DNA of 64,000 nt. Source: Phoronis australis (taxonomy: Eukaryota; Animalia; Phoronida). The DNA lies in NCBI GenBank assembly GCA_002633005.1, contig NMRA01000394.1, forward strand, positions 186,001 to 250,000, read 5' to 3'. Made by a program: the position numbers and the translations under genes. Positions 23,029-35,349 of this stretch are shown here, in pieces. The first letter of the stretch is position 1, and every line of letters begins with the position of its first letter. The notes beneath the pieces are model-generated. The model was not told the DNA's origin, did no database searches, and worked only from the letters and a program-made list of their open reading frames with translations.

Positions 23029-24282
23029 TGTATACATTTCATTGATTCGGATGATCTTTGTTTTTACAGCTGCAGATAATGTCCTTGAGTCAAGTTTTAT
23101 GGAAAAAACTGAGGACTCCGATAGAGTTCACCTCGTGAGAAATAAGTGAAGCCTACTGTTATCTTCTTTATACAGTCGTGAAGCTAAAATATTATTCAAG
23201 GCAAGCATGACTGACCTGGTCAACAAGTTCTACTCGACTGGCGAAGCACTACTGTACTAAGCAACACCACTACCCGCCATCATTTTTGGCATCATATGGC
23301 GGGAAAATTAGAAATTGTGACAAATTTTACTTTGAAAACCCAGTTCAAAAATATTTCACAAGTGCTGGTTCACTTAGAATCTGTGATAAACATTCTAAGT
23401 GCACTGCAAACGATGCGAAATCCCGAAAAATAAAGGTACATGTACCCCAGAGAGAACATTGTTATCTCACGAGCCCTTCCATATTTCTAACAGGCACGCT
23501 CTGAAGCACACGAAATAGTTGTCAACGCGATGCCCCTCGGCAGGTTAGACAGGAACTACTACAGTCCCCATGGGCCTATGTTTTAATTTCGACACGTGTA
23601 CTTTAACGGGCGGTAGGCCATATCCGGTAACCGTATGGAAGGTTTTCACCTCGTCAAAAATACATTTTACAATAAAAATATGCTTACTTTCTTCAGCGAT
23701 CTTTTCTGGTTTTATACATAACTTCGATGAAGTATGTCTACGGTAATTACATTTAAGAGGACTTTGGTGAAGAATTTCATCTCCACTTTTTCGTTGTCTT
23801 TGACTTTTTCATCGTGTGCGATAACCACAAAGTATTTCAATTGACCTACCACCAGGATTTTGAGTGACGGCTTAACTGACTATTTAGAACGCAGCATTCT
23901 TGACACAACTTCGTTTCTAAGCCGCCTTGTTACCCGACAAACAACACGTTGCCGGTTATAACTTATTGTTTGTTAGTCGACCTTAAGCTAGGGGGCGGAA
24001 CTTGCGATAGGTCAATTGCCGTCACGCGAGTTAGGCAAGAACAAGGGCGACACTGATCAAAGCCCTTGAACTGGTGTGCGGCACTTGCAAAAAGAGCATG
24101 GTACCCCGTACAATTTGTAAGATTTGTGTCTCTTGTTTAACTTTGAGTTTGTCAGCATGCAGGATTTCTGGAAATTTCCTAAAAATAGCACCCGGCAAGG
24201 GAAGCTCGACTGAACTGCGATGAATTTTACGGATATGTTCAATTTATATTGACTTAATTGTATCCAGAGTTATGATACCTGT

Positions 24283-25261
24283 CAGTGGCGGATCTAGGAT
24301 ATCACAAGGGGGGACAACATTTTTTCCAGCTGTAACCATTTGCGCAAACCACGATTGTAGATGAGCATAGCACCGAATGGGGGGAGGTCGGAAATTTTTC
24401 TGTTTTTCCTCTAACTATCAAGCATTTTCCTTGATACCTGAAGTATTATCCTAGAAAAAAATGCAAAAAAAAAACACGGAGAACGTGTCAAACAGGAAAA
24501 ACTGCCAGTACCACAGACTCGAAGTCACGACCTGGCGGATAGAGTGCGCGTGCTTTACCACTACGTCACCACGATTTAACTACTACCATTATTCTAAGAG
24601 ACCTACTTGTTTAAGGTCCACAGCATTTGCGCACGAAACCTACTTCTTTTTGTAATGCTTATTACACGTTTTATATTTTGTGCAATCGGTTCTTAACAAA
24701 TTTGTTGTATTTAAAATAGTCTTCAAATCCCCAAAAGACCAAATCTGTTTTTCGTGTTGGCAATAATGACGGGGTTGCTTTGGAAATCGTGTTAACTTAA
24801 GGTTTGATAAAGAGAGAATTATGAATTTCTGAGTGATTCACTAAGGTTTCGATTAAAATTCACATATTACCAGCAGCTTCTGTTTTTTCATCGTCGCTCA
24901 GGTTCCATTTTCTTTAAGAATTCAAGTATATTTTGTTCATTGCACAGTGGAGCAGACGACGGAAACGGAGTCGTATTGCGCAGCGCCACTGCCAGTCGCC
25001 TGGGATATCGCGGGAGAGCCTACACTTAGGCATAGTTCCGTTACGAATGAGCCGTTTTCCGAATTTGGCACTTGAATTTGGATCTGAGCCCTCCCCCAAA
25101 CACTAAAACTGCACACATTTAAATCTCGTTTCATCCGTATAATTTTAATTACCGGGAATTATTAATAAACTCAACATGTCCCTACGCTCTTGCCGTTTTA
25201 TTTTTTGCGGCAGCCAAGGGAGGGGGGTGGCGGGCACCCTGCCCCCCTAAATCCGTCTATG
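24283..25261. mobile_element. G-rich-TIR MITE containing a nested segment with a tRNA-like motif
   Basis: TIRs CAGTGGCGGATCTAGG / CCTAAATCCGTCTATG. Flanks CCTGT and CATGT match at 4/5. Minus-strand A/B-box-like segment at 24503-24574. Confidence 0.65.
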
Positions 25262-25789
25262 CATGTACATTGTATGTGTTAATGAAAACTCAATATGAAT
25301 ACACGCATGTTTCGTTCGATGTTATTCACTGCATTTTGAGATGAGTAACTTTTCTGAGGGTACACGTTCGCCGGCACGCACGGCAACGAACTGACTAAAA
25401 ATACAGTGTGTATGTACCGCCATGCATGCTTCATTCGATCGATGTCAATCGCTGTATGTTGAGATGACCAACTTGGTGGTGAAAAATCGCCCGTGTACAG
25501 TATGCCTTCGGCAATGTAATTACCTAACGAGACTTTCAGGCGTGAATGCAACCGAAGGGGAAATTTACCTTGATCATAGAACTCTAGTGCTCGGTTGCAT
25601 AAAATAGTCCCAAATAGCGATTCAATCAGAGTTCCCTAAATTGTTTGCGTATTTGTGTGGCGTTCTGTACTCACAGACTTTATAGCTTTCTGTCATTTTA
25701 TATTTATTATGAGTTCCTCTTTGACTAATGACGTAATTCTGTGTAACTAAAAACTGAGCCTTTTATCAAGTTATAGTAATTAGGGACTT

Positions 25790-26465
25790 CGTCCTTGCAA
25801 GTTAAAAGTATACCAAACCCAGTTTTGCCCTATTAACAGACACTGAAAACGACTTTCCTATCCAGTTCTTTGAAACCAAATAATGCTCTGTAACGTCTCG
25901 ACATGCATCTAAAATTTCGGAGAAAATTAGAAAACTCCTTACAAATTCTGCTAAAGAGGCAAGCGTGACCTACGCTTTTAGCGAGTTACGCGGCATTTGT
26001 GGGAAAAGACCACCCACCAAGGACCATAATGTCCAATTCCTGAGATAGGGGGTATGAAGTCTTAGTTGATTCCTGATTTACATTTCAAGATTGACGCCAA
26101 TAATGCATCGGCAAGTGAGAGAACGAGGATTGGTTGAAATCATCAAAATAAAAATATTGGGCTCAGAATACTTTTTAAGAAAGGAATCAATTGAAAATTC
26201 ATACACCCCACGTCACAGTTTAAACAAAATGGTCCTTGGTGGGTGGAATTTTCCCACGGTTGCCGTGCAATTCGCAAAAAGCGTAGGTCACGCTTGCCTG
26301 TTTAGCAAACTTTATAAGGAGTGTTCAAGTTTTTAGAAAACTTTTGAGAGCTGTCAATGGTTACAGTGTATTATTTCGTTTCAGACAACTAGATAGGGAG
26401 TCATTTTCAATATCTGTCAATAGGCCAGATCCGGCTTTGGTATCCTTTTAAAAATGCAAGAACGT
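25790..26465. mobile_element. Foldback/MITE-like element with imperfect inverted arms of about 280 bp
   Basis: Left-arm GGCAAGCGTGACCTACGCTTTT and CCACCCACCAAGGACCAT are mirrored by AAAAGCGTAGGTCACGCTTGCC and ATGGTCCTTGGTGGGTGG. Further copies at about 5325 and 53280. Confidence 0.8.
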
Positions 26466-27499
26466 ACTTAGTTTTTCGCATTCATAAGACATGCAGGCAT
26501 GAAATCAAGGGTACCCGGACGTTGTTTTCGGTATAGGTACACTACTCAGCGCATCTAATAACCGAAGTATCGTTTACTTTTGAATGCAAAACAATAGAAA
26601 TTAAACCTGGGTTCGAAATTTTAGATATTTTCGGAGTATTGAAGCTTCGGAGTAGTAAACTTTTAGAATAGTGGGCTATTCCCATTTCCAGCGATTTTTC
26701 AAAGTAACACGCAAAAATACAACCAGATAAAAATTTCGTCATGTCATTCTCAGAATAAAAAACTCCGTCCGCATTCACGCACCCAGCCGGAAAATTAGGG
26801 GGCTAGAATTTTTGAGTATGTGGACTTTTTATTAAAAAACGGGATACGTTTAGAGCTACGAATTTACCAAATGAGTACCTGTAAAAGTCTTGAACGAATT
26901 GAATGTGATATTCTTTAGATTTGTATGGCAGTCTCGTAATAAAATTAAACGAACTACGGCAAGTTTAGGACTAGAACAAGAAGACTATGGCCCGTAGATA
27001 TCTTGATTGCCCTGTTTCTAAAAATGGTTTCCCGTTCTTAAAGAATTTCGCCTCATTTGGAGAAGACTTTATTAAGTCAAAGTTAAGTTACTCTAATTGA
27101 TAATTCATTACATCAAGAAAAGGGCTGTGCAGCACTGAAATATGTGAAGGCCCGTAGGAAGGCAAATATTGTTGGGGGGCACAAACCATTTCGACGTCGC
27201 CAAATAACTCCCCCTTCGCCCCCGTCCTCCCTATGCCACCATGTTTTTACCGAATTTCGCACGTGGGGAGGCACATTGGCGGTTGTAGGGGGTCAAGAGG
27301 GCATGACCCCCCCTAAAATTTTCAGGCCAGATTCCATTTGGCAGTTCAGAGGTGCCAATTTCTGACTGGCAAAAACCCTGGCTGATACTCTGCCCTGACC
27401 CCCCCCCCCTCCCAACTCAAAATCCTGGATCCGTCTCTGGGACCATTCCGGGGATCCAGCCATTAAGAGTTGAGTAACAGTGGACCAACACGGAGAGTA

Positions 27500-27700
27500 T
27501 GAATGGGCCTAGGACCAGTACACTGACCTGTAGCGAGGAGCTGCCTCAAGTAGCTACTGTATAGCTAAGATCTAACAGTGTGAAAATACGAAATTAACGA
27601 TGAACCAAAGCTAGTTGCTGGTCAGCTCAACTATAGTATGGTTCACTTGAGGCAGGCAGCTCGTACCGGCCGTCTGCACTCGTTCTAAGGTCAAGATTCG
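27500..27700. repeat. ~200-bp imperfect palindrome (small MITE-like)
   Basis: CTGCCTCAAGT is mirrored by ACTTGAGGCAG, with degenerate complementarity extending both ways. Confidence 0.55.
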
Positions 27701-30187
27701 TTTTGTTGTGATCCAGTTTAGGGAATTTTTTATTTTATTATGGTCATTCTTTGAAATTTTCGAAAAGGTGAAGCCCCGAAGTCCCTGGTATAGTGCCCTT
27801 GGGGCTGTTTCAAAATCCCTAATTGAAACGCGACCGGTAGTTCAGTTTTTGGTGGCTGGGGATAAGGATAGTGTGTCCCAAAATGTAACACTTCCTGAAC
27901 GCCTGCAGTTCAAATTCAGTTCTTGTGGTTATCACTGAGGGTCTGCGCGGCCTACTGCATGGCAACGTCTTATTTTTAACGTGGATACGTCAGTCATGGC
28001 GTGCATGCGAATCAGGGAAAGCAATCAATTCAGTTTTGAAGAACAAAAATTCATTACTCAATAATACTGGTAACTAAAAACACCAAGGAATTGTGAAGAC
28101 AACCTTTCCAAGAAATGAGTTTGATTTTATTTAGTTAAGGATTTTTAAAACGTTTTTTCTATCTACATTTTGTGTTTACGAATTTCATCAATGCCTTTGA
28201 GAGTTATTTTAGATATGCAAAAATCGTCTAAGTGTACTTTATTATTTTGGGATCGGATAATAGAGTTTTTCCAACTTCAAAAAGTAAATCAGAAACCAAC
28301 GAATTTGTTTATCAAACAGGAATGTTATGCGCAATTTCCGCATGCATGCTCGCGGACTTTTGACGGGTAACCGGGGGAATATGGGAGATGGCGTATTCGT
28401 ATTAAGGTCCCTATAACGGTTCACGATTTTAAACTTGAACTGCACGGACAAAAAAACTTTGAAATCTTTGTTAATCATAGTGACATTTCTTTGAGTACCC
28501 TTTTCGACATGTACACGATCGTTACAAATAGTAGCTTAGACAGCAGTGTTTTCCACAAGTGGGAATTCCTTACAAACAACTCATAGTAACCAGTTTCAAA
28601 AGAGATACTATTCTTGTGATACTACGGGAAACAGTAAAATTATTTTATAACTAACCATTGGAAATAATCCTTTTGTGTAATTCACAAGTAGTGGTCTTCA
28701 CCTTCTTCAAAATCCCACCCTTTCGAAGGCGGCAATCCTACTGTATTTTTTCAAATTTTTGGTTGTTTGGGTCGAATGGCTGGGCTGTACAAGAATCTTT
28801 TGTTTTTGATGAATTTGGAATTCTAACTTCCCTCGTGAATACTTGGCAGTATCGGATTTACATACAGGGGTTAGTGCGCTATTCTATATTTATGGTCATT
28901 ACCATGGATATAGAGTGTCTACCTATGTACCGCTAATCTGTATTGATGGTCATGGCAATGGATTTAACGTGTCTATATATTTAGTATATTTAGTGAACTA
29001 TTCTATATTATGGTCAAGACCACGGATTTAGTTTGTCTGTATTTATGTAGCGAGCTACGACAATTAGTATAACCAAAAAATAGGAAATAGAGCATGTACT
29101 TCGACTAACAAGTGGGTGAGACGAACTCTTTATAGAATATTTTTTCTATTTGGATTTGATATGTCTTACACCTTGAAGCTTGTAATGCACCAAGGCCAGT
29201 CAATGAATGTATATTGTGTTTATTGAAATACCTTTAGGCAATCATTATTTTAGCAGAATTATTAAAGTTTGACTTGTGGCAAAATTGCGTGGATGTTCTT
29301 ATTGACATCATTTAGCATTTAATTCCAAAATTCAATGCGTCAACACCACGGATATTTGTCAAGTTTTATATACGTAAAACCCGTTTGGTTGCAACAACTA
29401 ACTACACATTGGTTCTAGAACGTTCTAATGTTTCAATTACGTTTAGCAACTAAAAGAGACGAAACGTGATGTAATTACAGAAATTCATCAGCAGTAATAG
29501 AATGGTTGCTGGACGCGATTGAAGTGGAACCCTCTGGTACAGCACTTCGGGGCGGCAGGTGGCACCAGTGGATTATTAATCAAAATGCGTTTGCCTGACT
29601 TACTTGAATGAATCTATGTAATATTTCTTCTGCTAAAATGTTTAGTGCCGATCATCACGAATTGTCGTGTCGCCTCTCCCTCCCTCCTCCTCCCCTCCGG
29701 GGAGGGTTCCGATGTTCACAGAAGTCCGTGCGCGTGACTTTTGCATACTTCTGTGCTAGTTCAAGGGCTTAGTTTTGCCCGTTATATTTACCGTCAATCT
29801 TAATGGAATTGTACGTAACAAAATAGACACTGTGTACTGTTCGTCTTCTTCACTGTCTTAATCATATTTTCTATACTTAGAATAAGTAATGCTTATGCAA
29901 AAATCTTGCACCCCAATTTTGGTAGATATGAATTCTGATGAGGCTGATCATCGATCACATATACATGTATCAGTCTGATCATCGTTTACAACATTATTCT
30001 TAGGATCGTTTTTGGTCAGTGACAAGAATTCGTATAAATTACTAGGGCTGATGAAAAAACTTAGATCTTATATTACACCATTCGTTAATATTAATTCTTA
30101 TCAACATCTTATAACATTCTTAGAAATAGTCGAAATTAATCTATTTTAAAGAATCGTTCGTAATAAATTTTATCAACCATAATTGAT

Positions 30188-30322
30188 TGTGTGCACTTCT
30201 CGTGCACGCGCAGACATAGTGCGTGTGTACACTTGTCGTGCACGCGCAGACATAGTGCCTGTGACATCTTGTGCACGCGTAGATAAGTATAGTGCTTGTG
30301 TACACTTGTCCTGCAAGCGCAG
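30188..30322. repeat. ~35-bp tandem repeat, about 4 units
   Basis: Repeated GTGTACACTTGTCGTGCACGCGCAGACATAGTGC. Confidence 0.85.
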
Positions 30323-31215
30323 GTAAACATGTATATAGAGGGACAAAGGGACATTTACCCCGAACCGCTCCACCGAGAGAGGGCACCATCTGAAATGAGA
30401 CGCCATAAGATGAAAGGCTAAACATCATTAAGCTTGGAAAAAGTGGCAGTTCATTCCACCGTCGTGTGGTCCCAAGACGATGCAGGGAGTGACCTCCTTC
30501 AACATGAGAGCACGATTTCACAAAAAAAAACAGGAAAACAGAGGTAATCGATTCCAACATTGGGCCCTCTCTCCGTGAGCGGTCCCTTAAGAATTTGTCA
30601 ATAAAACACAAAAAGTGGCCACTTGAATGTTATCAATGACCTCCTTCAAGGGCGAGGCTCCTAAATATGAAAAAATCTATATTTTCAAATATCAGGAAAT
30701 GCGCAGCAATTGATGTTATCTGTTGGGTCATCAAATTTTCTCATGTGATTTACAATTTCGAGAAAACAAAATAAAGCGAAAGTTGTCTCCGTTATCCCAT
30801 GTCAGAGAGGGGCCTCTGGAAAAATATGGTTTTGCACTCGCAAAATTGACTTATTGAATTTAAACATCCAGTAAATTAGTACGCTCCGCAAAAGCTTCGC
30901 TTTACAAATTTTCTCGATTTTTCGAAATATATGTGTGCGTTTAGACGACCTGTGCTGCAAAAGCGAAGACCCTAACGACAGTGTCCTGTTCAGAGTCCTC
31001 AAAAAGTAAACCATGCACTGATGCAAATTTGTTAAATGTTCTCTTGAATTTTCTCTGTTATCCGTTTTTCGCAGTCTTTCTTTTCTGGACTGTCCCTGGC
31101 ACAACGCCTATGTCGGTTGCCACGGTTAACCTAGACGCCTGAAAATGTTTGAGGCCCGGGAGCCCGTGCCACCCCCCGACCCCCACCACCCCTTCCCCCG
31201 CCACCCCTTCCCCCG

Positions 31216-31298
31216 CGTCCTACGGCCCTGAATTGGAATGCTATAGCCTCCAGTCCCGTCCTACGGCCCTGAAGTGGAAGGCTATAGCCTCCAGTCCC
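31216..31298. repeat. 41-bp tandem duplication spanning the end of a G/C-rich MITE and its flank
   Basis: CGTCCTACGGCCCTGAAKTGGAAKGCTATAGCCTCCAGTCC occurs twice. Confidence 0.8.
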
Positions 31299-34200
31299 TA
31301 TGGTGTGCCGCCCATGCCAGATTATTTTTCAAAAAAGGACATTAAACGTCTTTAACGACAATCCCATAACCTGACACTGGATAATTACAATACACAAAAT
31401 CGGCGACAATGAAGCATGAATCATGGTGAAATGCCCAACGTTCGACTAAGAGTTACACTTACCTTATCTCAGACTACACTTCAACAGTTGTCTGGAGCTT
31501 TTTAATAAAAGTCTTCGGTTTCTTAGGTGAATGTGCTTTTCTTTTGCTTATTATCTCAAAATTTTTTGAGAGGCCTAAAACCGTAGACCTCTGGGTTCCA
31601 CCACGTGACTGCAGTTAAATTTTCTAGGACAGTCACTCAGCGACGTAATAAGATTATGAAGTATGTAAAAAGCGTAAAAATTTCCACAGGTCGCGGATCG
31701 AGGGGGTCGTGTATCGTGGTTCGTGAGTCAAGGGGGTTGGGGGGGGGGTTAGAATAATCCAATCCCCACAGCTTGGTGGAGGGAGGCGGTGAGTCGATTA
31801 AAGGCAGTATAGCCAATGGAAATTGATTATTGCGTCACCTGACAATAACAAATTTCTTTTGTTGGCTAGTTCCCACAGTGTGTACTACCTTTACGCCGAT
31901 CACTGCCAACCTGAGTGTTAAAGATCTGAGAGTTTTGCTTGCTGTGTGTGGTTATCGAGCTGTGAGCAGAGCTCTTGAAGACAGCTGCAGCTCACAGCCA
32001 CTCCTCTGCGCTAACCCGTAAGAAACCGACTTCTTACCTAACATCTGTAACACCAATCCCCTATAGATTGCTATTATAACAACTCTGCGCAAACATAGTG
32101 CATTGTTATTTCATGACGAAATAACAGATGACGACTACAACAAATTTCAGGTAACTGAAAAGAAATCAAGAGTTCAAATAGACACTGGCTTTTAATTATT
32201 TCTAATTAGCGTTTATCCAACATACCCAGTATTGATTGCTATAGAATATCAATTGTTATGAAATGCATATTTTTTATCTTAAACACTTAGAATTACTCTC
32301 AGTACTTAGAGGTACTGAATTTGTCGCAGATATTTATGTTCGACATATGCTCTGAAAAAGAGGTAGTGCGTTCCAAGTTCCGATTCCAGAGTTCAAAAAT
32401 GAAACTGTGAATAGATAAAATGGGCCCTGTATTATTACTTCGGAAAAGTACAGTACAAAGCAAGATTGAGGGTAAACACTGAGACATTATGTAAGGTTTA
32501 GGAAGATGAAATGAACAAACGCCAATTGTAGCAGTTTAAACATCACAGAGGTCGGTAGCAAAATTGTAAACGTCAGACAAAGCTAGTTGAACTGAACGTT
32601 TGAGTTTACAAAAAAGGTCATTCCTAAACTCACGTAACAATCAGCAGCCAGTGCCGGATTCGACTATATCCAGGTGCAGGCATGTGACATAATAAACCCC
32701 CTAAAACGTTACGTGTGATTTAAGCGAGATTGCAACACTGTGTACATGTAGACGTACTGCGTGTAGGCTTGAACGAATTACACTTCGACGAGCGTGGGCC
32801 TCGGATGTTCGGATCTTGAGTTTTAGTGGAGGGGCGACTGAGGTTTAGAAGGGGTCAGCAACAGGCAGCAGGGGAGAGTCATATTCTCTTTTAAACGTCG
32901 ACTGTGTGCAAGTGCACATATCTTCCACCATAGAAAATGTAGATCCTCTCGAGTTGTGGGTGTAAAATAGCCTTGGCGCAAAGCTGTATAATAAATATAC
33001 AGCTCTGCGCGGATGTGAGTAAAAATCTGACCAGATACAAAATATGTGTCATTAAAACTAACACTCGTCCTTGAGAAAACTAAATTAGTTACCGGTGTTG
33101 GAAAAAACGGCGTTCTGCCATTATTTTACTGCTAAAATTGTGGTGCGATCTTTTGCGTTGGCTTTTGGTGCCATGAAATATTGCGTCACCTATTGGCAGT
33201 TTCTTTTTTGGCAGATTTTTCAAGCAACTGTTGTTCTTTCACGAGGTTGCGTACACACCACAGCAAATTATCGGAACTATTTTTACTTCATTAAAAGTTT
33301 TCAGAATTTTGATTCCGGCAAACCGAAAAACGGCTATACCGGGCAAGGTGAGCGTCCTCTATATGTTGATACAAGGTTCATGAAGAAGTGGTGAGCAGAA
33401 CTACACGAGCTGTGTGCAAGTTTGAAGTCTGCTCAACCCACAGTGATACATGTGCCTGGCTGTATGTTGATAGTTTTCATACAGCTAGCAGGCTGGGTAG
33501 GTGTAAAACGTCCTTTTAATATACATTTCGAGAATCTCTCGCTTACAGTCGTCACCGCTCTGATTCCCTTAACCCTAGACAACTTTTACGATGCCTCTTC
33601 AGCACGCCTTTTGTATTGATGTAGATCTGAGCTATTTGAGTGGTAAGGTAATAGCTAGCATTACTGTCTCAACAATGATTGTTCTTAGTACCCCCAAATC
33701 GGTTTTCTCTGACATTTGCAGAGTTACAGGCTGCAACTCTGGAGAGTAGTTTTAACTTAGTACATTATAAATATTACAAAATGACTAAAATGTTAACTTG
33801 TGTTTAAGTCTTCACAATGGGGCCACTTCCCAAAGAAACGATATGTTTCATATTGGTTTTCGTTATGTAATTTGTAATGCCCACTTGTTTGCAAATATGG
33901 TAACAACCAAACTGAAGATTTGGAATCTGTTGACAATTTCGGTGGCGCTGACTATATAACTATTCTAGCTGTTTGTAAGTAATAAAAAATTAAAAGTGGG
34001 CGCAAGTTAAGTACAACTGTTTCCTGGTCAAAAATCTGATTAAACGAGATTGAAAGAATATTAAAAATGAATCCATGTGATATTATTAACACTGATCAGC
34101 GTTTGTATATCCACCGAGTATATCAATACGCGCGGTGGTTTATCTTCAATCGTACCCAACAGTTGTAGCTTTTAGTTACATGTATTAGTTCATCGATTTT

Positions 34201-35283
34201 TAAAAACCGAAAACCGTACTTGGTTGCTTTTTTCCAGCTGAATACCGCTTTGGTGTTGTTTTAGCGAAAATTAGTGGTTAATGCATTTTGAAAGTTCGCC
34301 ATTATGTACAGTCAGAGATGTTTAATACACATTATGGTTGGGTAATTACACTTAATTGGGTCTTGCTCGCATCGGGCAATGCGGTCATCACAACACTGTA
34401 CCTGACCTCGGCGTCGCGCTCCCTTTGATCCTCGTAAAAGCCGCTCAGAAGGACGAGCGGTGAAAATTCCCGCATATCTTTAGAAATGCGTGACTTCCTT
34501 GTAAGCGCATTATTCACGGTATGTCCCAATTTTTTAACCAAAGTTCCGCAAATTAGGCTGCCGTCGTCATGGTTATGCATAACACGAGGCATCAGCCTCG
34601 CATTCATCATCAATGGAGCTTTTTTGCATGTACATTCAACCATGTTGCTTTTCGACATAAATTGGAAGAGACAATATTTGTGCGGAGTGCGACAATCTAT
34701 TGTAGGAACAGTGTTGTGGCACTTACACTGTATTGTCTACTAAGAGGGGATACTGTGTGCTGGTCCTACACTCAACTCATGTTGAAACCCGGATGACTCT
34801 AAAATGATGGTCTTGGATGCATACACTGGCGCAATCGGCAAGAGTACTAGTGTCGAGTGCGACGGTACATGTAACACCATGATTGTTCCCCCCCGCTCAC
34901 TCATTTCCTGACCAACTCACTACTGGGCAACTGAGAAAATGAGTGACCTAGACGATATCATGAGCAGAGCACCGTAGGGGGGTGGGGGCTATAAACTCCA
35001 ACTGTTTTCAGTACTGCGCCGCCCATGAATATAGAATGGTATAAATCCTACTCGAGACAAGTAACCCCCACCCCCGTCGTTCTAAGTTTAGTTAGCTCAC
35101 CCAAGACCTTGCCACACCAAAATTATCGCACCCCACCATCATACGAGTGTGGGGAAAATACCCACACGATGATACCTTGGAGGGCAAAATGACTTATCCG
35201 GGACACTTTCAGTTAGCAATAGTTGCATTTACACTGGAGACTGATGTCACGGAGCAACTTACACGGAGCACCTGACCTGCTGT

Positions 35284-35285
<2 letters not shown>

Positions 35286-35320
<35 letters not shown>

Positions 35321-35349
35321 NNNGTGTGTGTGTGTGTGTGTGTGTGTGT
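35286..35349. repeat. (GT)n microsatellite containing an assembly gap
   Basis: Direct observation; nnn at 35321-35323. Confidence 0.98.
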
